Below, in pieces: positions 50,501-62,500 of a DNA stretch of 64,000 nt. Every line of letters begins with the position of its first letter. Position 1 is the first letter of the stretch. The notes below the pieces were generated by a model. It had not been told where the DNA came from, made no database searches, and was given only the letters and a program-made list of their open reading frames with translations. The translations under genes were made by a program, and so were the position numbers. Source of the stretch: Gekko japonicus (taxonomy: Eukaryota); NCBI RefSeq assembly GCF_001447785.1, contig NW_015160230.1, forward strand, positions 256,700 to 320,699. The letters run 5' to 3'.

Positions 50501-53500
50501 GCAGCACCTAGTTATATGCCAAGAGTGTCAACTGAGTTAGAATGCCATTCATTTCCATGCTAGTATTTTGGCTTAACAAATGCTTTCACAGGACAAAGGG
50601 AAGGACAGGTCTGTTGGGACATAATTCGTTCTGGTGTCTTCAGTCCTAGCACTGAGTATTTCCTTTCTAGACAATCTTGCCATTTACTCAGGGCTTCTCA
50701 TTATCAGTATTTTGCTACATATGCTAGACTAGGCCCAGAAATTTGTGGTAGTATGAAGTCCTGATGGCCTTTCTATCTACTGCCTCTATTGAAGGGGTAC
50801 ACTGAGTTTGCATAACAAACTATTTACAATTCTCACTATTGCTTTGCAGTGAATTATGACAGCTGCCCCCGTGCTATTGAAGCTAATATTTGGTGGCCCC
50901 GTACCCGCTTTGGCCTGCCTGCAGCTGCACCATGCCCCAAGGGATCTGTTGGTAATGAAACACATTTCAGACTGCTGTGCATGCATGTTGTGATGCCCCT
51001 TGTCCCCTCGCACAAAGTGCCTACCACCCTCTACAACCTCTTCAGGTTATGGTTTATAAGTAGGTCAGAATGTGACACTCACCACCCTTCTTGTCTCTTT
51101 TAAAATCAGGACCCTCTCACACTTCAAGTCCTTTCTCTCACTCCCAAAGACATACACTGTCAGGGCAGCCCAGTCCCCTTTATAATCAGCCCTCACTCAT
51201 AGAGCCATTGGAGTTAGGGCTCAAACACTGTTCCAATCACTCGCTGCCACCATTCATTCAAGTCCTAAAATATATGTATGTAGACTGAGATATTAATTGT
51301 GTGTCTGTGTGTGTATCTGTGCTTCTTCCCCTTAGACACATAACCCACAGGGTTAATCAGAACAAGAAACTTTTATTTATAAAAACATAACACTGAGGAA
51401 AGTAAAGTCTCAGAAACAACGTTTCACTTCCATTGAACTTTTGAACTGAGGTCCTATACCTACAACTGGCATCCTTTAGTTACAAATTTATTATTTTCAG
51501 CCTGTTCCAAGCAGCTGTTCTATACAGTTCCCCCTAGTCAGAAAAACCCTTTTCACCTCATCCCTCAAACTGTCAGCTTCTCTCTCTGCTACTAACCCCT
51601 TCTAACTGTCATTTCTCAACTGCTGTTTTTAAGTCTCTTGCTCTCAACATTCCATCAGCTCTCATTGACTGTTCTGAGGAAAAGGCTGAACCTAGCCTGT
51701 CCATCACACATGCGTTGGCGGGAAGTTGGAGGGATTGTCACACAGACTGTTCATGAACAAAGCACTCTTCTTGATTTGTTTTGTTTTGCCACTGAGGAGG
51801 TTTATGTGTTTCTGGAAATTCCAAAAGGAAAAGTTGTGTTAAGCAGTGAAAACAACAAAGAGTCTTTTAGTCCTCTTAAATGCAATAAATGTGTTACGGC
51901 ATATGCTTTCATGAGCCAGAGCCCCCATTGGATGGAGATGCTTCCCCACAAGTGACCCTTCTCTCCTCCTTCCTTACAGGGACTGCTGTACGGCACTGTG
52001 ATGAACACAAGGGCTGGCTGGCTCCCAACCTCTTCAACTGTACCTCACTTACTTTTGCTGCTCTCAAGGGTTTTGTGAGTGATCTTCTTCCATTTCTCTT
52101 CTATCCCCAGAATTAAGCCAAGTCTATAGACTTGTTTCCTTTTTTGTGTGCTTTGGGATGGAGGGACAGGGGGTATAACAACGTAAGAACATAAGAGAAG
52201 CCAATGTTGGATCAGGCCAATGGCCCATCCAGCTCAACACTCTGTCACACAGTGGCCAAAAATACCAGGTGCCATCAGGAGGTCCACCAGTGGGGCCAGG
52301 TCACTAGAAGCCCTCCCACTGTTGCCCCCCCAATCACCAAGAATACAGAGCATCACTTGCCCCAGACCAAGAGTTCCTATGTATACCTTCTGGCTAATAG
52401 CCACTGATGGACCTCTGCTCCATATGTTTATCCAATTCCCTCTTGAAGCCATCCATGCTTGTAGCCACCACCACCTTCTGTGGCAGTGAATTCCATGTGT
52501 TAATCAGTCTTTGGGTGAAGAAGTATTTCCTTTTATCCATTTTAACACAACTGCTCAGCAATTTCATTGAGTGGCTAGAATTCTTGTATTGTGAGAAAGA
52601 GAAAAGTACATCTTTCTCTACCTGCTCTATCCCATGCATAATCTTATAAACCTCAATCATGTCACCCCCTCAGTCGTCATTTCTCCAAGCTAAAGACCCC
52701 CAAGCGCTTTAACCTTTCCTCATAGGGAAAGGGTTCCAACCCTTTTATCATTCCAGTTGCCCTTTTCTGCACTTTTTCCAATGCTATAATATCCTTTCTG
52801 AGGTGTGGTGACCAGAATTGCACACAGTATTCCAAATGATGTTGCACCATCGATTTATACAGGGGCATTATGATACTGGATGGTATCTGTCATTTTAGCT
52901 TGCAGAAGCTACACAACAGCAGCCAGAATACATGTTTTCTCCCCTTTAGAACTGGATGCTTTAACATGACCTCCTACTCTTGTTGGTGATCTTTGCAGTG
53001 TTCCTATGACTGCCACGAGGGCATTGAAAGCCTTGAGATTGCTCATAATGAATCTGGATTCTGATCCTATTTCTGTATTTTATTTTAAGAGGACCACCAG
53101 CTTTCATACTGGTGTCATCCATTTCTCTGTCTGGAGACAGGAATTGTCCTTTGTTAGTAACAAAGAGTTATGAACTTAACTAGGGCTTCTGTTTGGACTG
53201 CCTCTTCCTTGCTGTTGCAGCAAATAAGGCTGTTTAAACTCAGAACAATGTGGGAGATCCAAATTTTGTACCAGGATAATCCAATTCTGTAATCCAAGTA
53301 AACTATGCAAAGTAATTAATATGCATATTTTTGCATAACAAAAATTATAAACATTACCTTGTGAACATATTTTGAAAAATGGTTTCTTCCATGGCCTGGG
53401 TTGGGTGGCATTGTCTTAATTATTATTTATTTATTTTAATTAGCTGCTGGTTGGTCATTTAAAGAGAGCACAGAATATCACTCATGTCCTCTTTCAGTTC

Positions 53501-56500
53501 TTGGGCCATCATGAGATGGCTTCATCTCGTGAGTGGTTGAGCAGCAACTCAGCTAGCAAGGCACTCACTTCTGGGTCTTCTTAAAAGCCCGTGCAGCTGT
53601 AGTGCCTAGCTATCCAAGAGGGCAGAGACCTCTGCTGCTTCCCAGAGCACCTGTCAGTCAGGGGTGGAGAAGTTCTCTGCCCCTAAGCACGCAGGATGCT
53701 GAATTCTGTGACAAATACTCAGTCCTGCACTTGTGCATTATAATTATGTAGAATGGAATCTGCATGGTCCTGGTGACAACCCAGCAAGGATGCATTTTAT
53801 CTCTGTTTTACAAAGCAGAATTGAGGTTGAACAATTCTGAGAACTACGATGTGTCAGTGAATCTGTTCTGTTTGAAATGCCTGATGCTGAGAGTCTTTGT
53901 CTTCCTTGTGGAGTAGGCAGAACGGCTGTTGCGGAACGAGTCACTGTTGGACACAGATCAGTCTCAGCAGATAGCCCTGCAACTTCGCAATGCTACGCAG
54001 CACACAGTCAACTTCTTTGGCAGTGACATCAAAGTGGCTTATCACCTCTCAGCCCAGCTCCTGAAACATGAAAGCACCCAAGAAGGCTTTGGCTTGGCTG
54101 CTACACAGGATGTGCACTTCACTGAGGTAAACCCCTGGGCTTAGGTTTGTCTGTTTGTTTATTTGATTTGTACCCCGCCCTTCCCGCCAAGGCAGCTTCT
54201 GAGAAAATCATGGCAAAGGAGGACAGATCACTGAAAGGGGCAGGCAGGCAGCTTGGGGAACTGGGGCACAGAATGTTTTTGTTGCGGTACTGCAAGTATG
54301 CCTGGCTAGTCTGCTCTCCTGTAGCATAAGGCACCCACACCAGATGGCACCAGCAGAAGAGGAAGGGTGAGTATCCTGTTGGCTCGGGGGGGGGGGGGAA
54401 CAAGCTTGTTCAGTTCTGCCACTGGAGGACATCAGTGAGCTCAGTTTGGGGCAAGGGCAGAAGCATTCCAGGAGGAAAGTGACTCCTGCATCATTTGGAT
54501 ATAGTCAGGTTCTCTCTGCTTTGACCATGACCCTCTTGTTTGTTAAATCTTGTGATGGTGTCCTGGGCAGCTCCACAGCCAGAATCTCAGGTGAAGATTT
54601 CTGCCTAAGTGCAACTGGGCTTTCTGTTTAGGGATGTGCTATTTCTAATATCCCTGAAAATAACTTATCAGTGTCAGTTGCCGAAAAATCCTGAAAATAT
54701 TCAGGGATATGTGGGGCCTCAATTTTAAGAAGCTCCTAGGCTTGTTTCTCTTCAGTTTCTCAGTGTTCCCTGGCAACAGGAGGGAGGGGTGTGGGAGGCA
54801 GTTGTCCCAGGCAATAGTATCTGACAATAGAGGGAGTACTTGAAGTACCCATTCATGATGATTCTCATATCCCTCCATGGCTCTGTGCATGGGCAAAAGA
54901 GGATAAAAAGCAGGCCTGCCTACAACTTGACTCCATTTGAGAGCTATATTTTTGGAGTCCTTTCAGTGCTGCTGCTTGTCATCTCCATGGAGTCTTGCAG
55001 CTGCTTAGATTTGAGAATCCCCAGTCCTGCCCCCCTGAAGGAAGAATATGCCAGATCTGCCAGCAAAGGCCACTCACAGCTGCCTCTCATTGTTCTCCCC
55101 TTTTTGTTCTACAGAACCTGCTCAAAGTGGGCAGCATCCTACTGGATACCAGCAACAAGCGGCACTGGGAGTTGATCCAGCAGACTGAGGGGGGCACAGC
55201 ACAGCTGCTCAGACACTTTGAGGATTATGCCAGCACTCTGGCCCAGAACATGCGCAAGACATACCTGAGCCCCTTCACCATCATCACACCCAACATTGGT
55301 GAGAACATGAGATTGACTATGATACTACTAGTAGTAATGACGTTTAATAGGACCCACTTAGGGCATCTTTTCCAAAGTGATCCAACCCCCTCATGTACAT
55401 TGTCTCAGCAGTCCTTCACACACTCTAAGTTAGGCCAGTTTTATCACCATATTGCTTGGGTGGGGTGTGAAGCTGAGGAACAGAATCTTTCCTGTGGTGA
55501 GCCAGATTGTCCATGACTGAGCTGTGAACTTGGGATTTCTAAGCTTATGTTCTTAAACACTGTGCTATACCAATTCTGTGAAGAATAGGCATACAGCATG
55601 CCTCCTTTATTCACACAATTTAGTAAGACTTTTGTCTGCATGATCTGAAATGTAAAATTAATGGGGTGGGGAATCTCATAGGTTGATGATAGATTAGTTA
55701 TTGATTTGAACTGATTTATTACATTTCTACTCCGCCCTCCTGGCCACGGAATCTCAACATTTGGCTGGAATCTCTATGAAAAAGGCAGACTACATATGAA
55801 GTAAATATATAAAAAATAGGAAGGGGGAAATGTGGGGATGCCCGTACAACCATGTGCTTGCAAAGGTATGAATGTGAGACCACACAGCTGCAAGCTAGTA
55901 TTCAGCTGGTTAAATGCCCTTACTGAGGGTCATGTTTTTCTGGCAGTCATCTCTGTAGTGAGGCTGGAGAAGATGAACTTTGCCGGTGCAAAGCTGCCTC
56001 ACTATGAGGCCCTCCGGGGTGAGAAACCTGCAGACCTGGAGACAACCGTCATCCTTCCTGAGAGTGTATTCAAGCCTCCTGAAAACAAACGTAAGTTTGG
56101 ATTTCTGAATGAAAATTTAGTGGATTTCTAGGAGACCTTGATTGGGAACAGTGAACCATTGGTATGGACCTTCACTAAGGCCATTTCTGTTCAGCTAGCC
56201 CAGATCTTTGACCCCCAACATGGGCCACAGGTAGCTATTGCCAAACAGAGGTATAATAATTCCCTGGCTGCTGTTCAAAACTCAGAGTGCTGAAACTAAT
56301 CAGGTATCTTGATAATTATTCTGGCAACTTTGCTGTTTCCTGTCATGCCTTCACACATCTTAATCTCCCACACCCTTTAAAGAAATATTACTTTATTATA
56401 AAAGAAAAGAGAACAATAACAAATACAAGAAGTTAATCAATCCATGCATCCCATCATGGATATTATTAGATTAACAAAAATGAAGGTCATAGAGAACATA

Positions 56501-59500
56501 AAACTATAGAAAAAACAAATTTCCAATTTTAAAACAGCTATACTCTAACATAAACTAACCAGAATCTTTGTTCAGCTGAATCTGTTTGGCAATATATTCA
56601 AACAACAATAAAAAATGATGACAGAGTAGGACTTTAAGGAAGAAGAAGAAGAAGAGATTTATACCCCGCCCTTCACTACCCAAGGGAGTCTCAGAGTGGC
56701 TTACAAACTCCTTCCCCTCCCCATAACAGACACCCTGTGAGGTAGGCGGGGCTGAGAGAGCTCTGACAGAAACTCCTCTTTTTCAAGAACAGCTGTGCCA
56801 GAACTATGGCTTGCCCAAGGTCATCCAGCAGGTGCAAGTGGAAGAGTGGGGAATCAAACCCGGTTCTCCCAGATTAGAGTACACACACTTAATCACAGTC
56901 CACACACTTAACCACTACACCACACACTTAACCACTACACCAAAGGGCATTGCACAAACCCTTTTTGGAGAACTGAGTATGCAGACCTTGCCTTTTTGTG
57001 CCCATATGAGATTTATTTATTTATTTGACTTATATCCTGCCCTCCCTGCAAAGGAGTCTCAGGGTGGCTTACAAAACTGTATAAAACACTAAAACAAGAA
57101 GATTAATAAAATCACAACAATGCAATCCTAACTATAATAAAGTGTTAGTACAACTAATATGGAGCTGCAGTGGCTCAAGTGGTTAAGACACTGAACTGCA
57201 GGCTGTGGAAGGTCAGTAGTTCAGCAGTTCAAGACCTGGGTGCCGCAAGACGGGGTGAGCTCCTGTCTCTAGTTCCAGCTCCTGCCAACCTAGCAGTTCG
57301 AAAGCAAGAAATTGCAAGTAGATAAATAGGTACCACTTCGGTGGGAAGGTAAACGGCGTTCCGTGCGCCTTGGTGTTTAGTCATGCCGGCCACATGACCA
57401 CGGAAACGTCTTCGGACAGCACTGGCTCTTCGGCTTTGAAACGGAGATGAGCACCGCAACCCTAGAGTCGGATTCGACTGGCTTTCGAGCAAGGGAACCT
57501 TTACCTTTACCTTTACAACTAATATAATGATGCCCGATGTTTGCGGCAATCACAGTATGCAGTCAGCACAGTCAGGGTTGTGTCAGGCTGTTGGTGGTAT
57601 CAATAATATTGATATTGATGTTACTATTGATGTTGGTGTTGGGGCCAGGGCCTCACTCTAAGTAGTGTGGCTCCCTAATCGAAGGCCTGGTGGAAGAGCT
57701 CCGTCTTGCAGGCCCTGTGGAACTGTAAAAGGTCCCACAGGGCCCTGATGTCCTCTGGAAGCTCATCTTCTAACTAACATCTTTTGCACATTCATCATGG
57801 ATAACATAATAGGACTATAATAATATCCAAAGATGAATAAAGTTTTGACAGATTAATCAATTTAGGTATACAATAAGTCACTCAGTCTTGAAGTAATGCC
57901 TTCTAAATTACTGGGTTAATAGCATGTAATCAGTAGTCTTAGAATAAGGCAAAGGAAGATACTTATTTCATCTTCATAATATAAACCTAAATAAAAAGGG
58001 CCAAAATGAAACTGGGAGATGAGAGAAAAAAGTAAAAATGTTAGAAAGAAAAAGAAATGTTCTCTCTCACACACATTTTAAAACAACAGCTTACAGTGTA
58101 ATGATTGTTTAAAATATATACACATCTACAGGAATTTACTAGGTTATGTTTCTTCAGATGGTCTTTGCTAGATCCAATAATAGATCCTGCTGCCACTTCT
58201 CCAAGATCCACATCAGGATCCACGCCATCCCACACCCTTTTTTTATGTGTTCAGTGCCTTCTGTTCTGGGGAAGAAGCCAAGCTGTAGGTGAGCTCCAGG
58301 GCTTTTTTTGTAGGAAAAGGCCAGCAGGAACTCATTAGAATAATAGGCCACATCCAACAACAGAAGCCCATTAGCATATTAGGCCACACCCCTGACATCG
58401 CAGCTCATTAGCATATTAGGCAACACACCCCATGACTTCCATTGGCTTGTCCGGGCATCCCGCTGCTGCGGGGAGCCTGGGCAAGCCGGCCGTTGGGGGG
58501 GGGTCATTGGGGGGGGGCGCTCTCCAGGCCTTCCCTCTGTAGCCACGCATGCGCAGAGGTTTTGGCTGTAGACGTGGGCATGGGCGTGGCGAACTCAGAA
58601 GCCAGCTGGAACTCCGTTCCTGTGCGTTCCTGCCCAAAAATACCCCTGATGAGCTCAGAGTTCTGGGTTATTCGTTGGACTTGAGAGGCATTGGCATAGA
58701 TGTAGGAGCTGAGGTCAGCGTTCAGGAGCAAATGCGAAACTGGATTTTGAGAGCAGCTAGATTCAAGTCTAGTCACACCTTGGAGATCAACAAGATTTTC
58801 AGGGTATGAGATTTCAAAAGTCAAAACTCCCTTTGTCAGACATGAGTTGGAATGGAAATCTCTGAGTCCTTCTATCCCAGTCAGAAGATGAGAGCGGTGT
58901 TGCAAAGAAGGAACTCAGGATGCAGCGGTACAGATCAGAGGGGAAATGCTTGGGGTCAGACCTGGGGGCGGGGAGAGAGAGGGAGAGGGAGGGGGAGAGA
59001 GGGAGAGAGGGGGAGAGAGAGAGAGGGAGAGAGAGAGAGGGAGAGGGAGAGGGAGAGAGAGAGATGCACACCCATCCTCACCCAGCCACACATTTGGCTG
59101 GTGTTTTGCTCCTTATGTCAGCCTCTTGTGGCTGCTTTTCATTCGTTTATTTTTTAAAAGTCGGCAGGAAGAATCACATAATTGTTTGTCATATGTAATT
59201 TGGACGACAGGACAAGGAGAAAGGCTGAGACTAAAGAATCTATGGACTGAGAAAGATGGGCGGGGGGAGGCTGCCAAGGGATCTGGGTCTGTGTTGAACA
59301 TATCATGTCAGGGCCAAAGGAGAAGTTCCACTGGGAGCAGTAACAAAGTAGAGATCTGTCACTGTTATGCTGGACAGAGCCCAGAAGGTCTTGCTTTAAT
59401 GAACACAGACATCAGATTTACATAAACGCTGAAGGTCAAGCTTGTTGGTGTCAACATGAATCTAGTTCTGTAGCTAAGTAGGGTCAGAAACTGGCAAGCC

Positions 59501-62500
59501 AGAAGTTCAGACATTCAGAACAGAAAATATATACCACCTTGATTAGCAATTAACAGGGGGAAATGGGGATTATCTGGAAGTGAGGGGCATGATACAGAGG
59601 CCCCTGCTGGTGAAGAACTCTGTTTGAAGCAAGTCTATGAAACATTCCTTGGAGATGAGAGAATCAGAGCTTTGGAGACAGTGCTTTGGGTGCTTTCTGC
59701 ACATATCTAAATACTAGCAATAAATAAACATATTTTAAAGATCTAGAATTTAATCTTTCATGCCAGAGCTTTTGGGAGATCTTTTGAGAAAGAGCGTGCA
59801 CTAGGCTTACCCCACGACTTTCAACCTTGCTTTGCATGCTCATCCTTGTTACCAACTGTTCCATAGATAAGACAGAATCCAGCTATAGTCTCAGTGGGTC
59901 TCATACTCACTTTCCAGAACCTACTATGTCCAATGCCAAGCATCTCCCTGGTGGTGGTGAGGAAGAAGAAATCACCCTGATGACAAGACAGAAGAGGCAC
60001 CCAGATCTGAGCGAGGGCCAGGCCATTGCCAGTGTGATCATCTACCGCACGCTTGCAGGGTTGCTTCCAGAGCAGTATGACACAGACAAGCGGAGCTTGA
60101 GGTAACACCCCCCCCCATATATAGACACCAGCAAAGGGTGTGGGGGCTCCTCAGATGCAGAATGCCTGTGGTTGGTCTCCCAAAGTAAGGCTAGTTCAAA
60201 TAACTGAAAAATTCTTCCCAAGGGATCCATGTCATACCCTTCCCTCTATCCCCTGAAGGGCCCTCTATCCCCCTATCACCAAAGCCCTGTCAACTTTTCT
60301 GCTGCTTCATAGCTTCCTGAACACCAAGCAAATAATACCCACTGTCAAGGACAGGATGAAAGAGCTGGATTTTTACTTATCTAACTTCTTAATATTTTGT
60401 CTTGGTGCATTGTGCTCGCAGATATGCATGTATCTCCACTAGAACAAATGGGTGGGCTACTAATCAGGCCTGGAATCTACAGCTGTAGGAAGCCACCAAC
60501 ATCTCCCTGGCTATGTGTCCATCTGCACCTTGTGTCCTCCACAGGGTCCCCAAGCGTCCCATCATCAACACTCCAGTAGTGAGCATCAACATCCATGACA
60601 ATGATGCACTGATGCAGCGGGCCCTGGAGAAGCCTATCACTGTACAGTTCCGTCTGCTAGAAACTGAGGAGCGGACCAAGCCCATCTGTGTCTTCTGGAA
60701 CCACTCCATCCTGTGAGTCCCACTTCTCATTCAAAAGTATCTGGGGCTGACACGTTTCTTTGGCGGGGGGTGGAGTGTCATAGAGGCACTCAGTGCCAAC
60801 CTTATCATCCTCACTCTGCTGTTTCCCCAGAGTCAGTGGGGTTGGTGGCTGGTCAGCCAAGGGGTGCGACGTTGTCTTCAGGAATGAGACCCACGTCAGC
60901 TGCCAGTGTAACCACATGACCAGTTTTGCTGTGCTGATGGACATTTCTCGCAGAGAGGTGAGGGGATCAGGGCAAGGGCACAGAGCAAGTGCTTAAGAGT
61001 GGGGTGGGTCTGTGGTAAGGATTAGGCTCCTCCCTCGGCCTAGTAAGAGCATGTCCTAGTAGCTAAACCATGTTTCTCTAACGTGTCCATAAATACTCTC
61101 TTTTCCTCCCAGAATGGTGAGATCCTGCCCCTGAAGACCATTACCTACGCCTCTATTGCTGTGACACTGGGCAGCCTCTTACTCACTTTCTTCTTCCTGG
61201 CTGGCCTGCGGGCCTTAAGATCCAACCAGCACAGCATCCGCAAGAATCTAGTGGTGGCGCTGTTTCTCTCTGAGCTTATCTTCCTGTTGGGCATCAACCA
61301 AGCTGATCTACCAGTGAGCTGCTGGAAGGGTGGGGGATGCTATGGAGATAGAGGGACAGGCTATTCAGCTAAATGGACCCAGGCAGCATAACTGAGCATT
61401 GCTGCACCTGGCAGCACCAGCGTGGTCTCTGCCTTGAGTATGTAGGCCATGGCTGGGGACTACTGAGAGCTAAAAGAATACTTTTTGGCATGCCTGTATT
61501 GTATTATCATTCCCTGATTGGGCATCTCTGAGACTGCCCAGCTGAACTGCCTGGACACCCAACTTCACAGTTTCTGGAGCTGCAGAACAAAAATGGGGGA
61601 CAAGGGTGGGTCTGTGTGAACAGATGCAAGATTGCTCTTTTTCACAAATGTATTTGTGCATGGGGGGGGGAGCTTGCTTTGGTCCACTCTTGTGCCAGCC
61701 AGGGATCCTAACTCCCTTCTTCTCTTTCTGTCTGTGCCAGTTTGCCTGCACTGTCATTGCTATCTTGTTGCATTTTCTGTACATGTGCACCTTTGCCTGG
61801 GCACTACTGGAAGCTCTGCACATCTACCGTATGCTGAGTGAGGTGCGCGACATCAACTATGGTCCCATGCGCTTCTATTACATGGTTGGTTGGGGCGTTC
61901 CAGCGTTCATCACAGGTAGGCCCTGCAGGATGGCTATATAGTGTGGCACAGGTCCATAAGGACAGCTCCTGCCATGGTTCTCCTTTCTGAAGCCTTAGTT
62001 TAACAACTAGATGGCAGCAAGAGCCTCTGTGTCTTGTTCTGCACCTGGAAGAACCTGCTGTGTAGCTGCCACCTGAAAGTTAAGGCAGGTATAACTAGAC
62101 AACCCTAGACTAGAACAGAGAGCTGGGGTGAAGTGGGCTTCCACTCCATGCCCAATGATGTTTGTGCCCTTCAGTCTCGGCTCCTGTTGTTCCAGCTATG
62201 AGGTATTATGTGAGGCTGTCAGTCTATGATACACTGGGAGTTCTTTGCGTGGCACAAACAGAGTTTTATAAACTCACCAATGTATCAGGGCCCCGTTCAG
62301 AATGGGACTCTGGTGTGAGGGGAAGGGGCTTTTAAGTCTCCCCGCATGCTGTTTTCCCAATTAAGAACAGCTGCCAGGGAGGGCTATTTGCCTCACTGTG
62401 AAACCACATGTGTTCTGGTATTAGGTGTGAATGCACTTTCACAGAGGGGCAAATAGTGCTCCCCTGGGACTGTTTTTGATTGTGCAAATGACATGAAAAG

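Noticed and set aside
57161-57240. tRNA gene
   Set aside because: It is the tRNA-derived head of a Sauria SINE with a TSD; no complete cloverleaf.
58852-59425. Glu/Arg/Gly-rich ORFs
   Set aside because: Translation of a (GA)n microsatellite.
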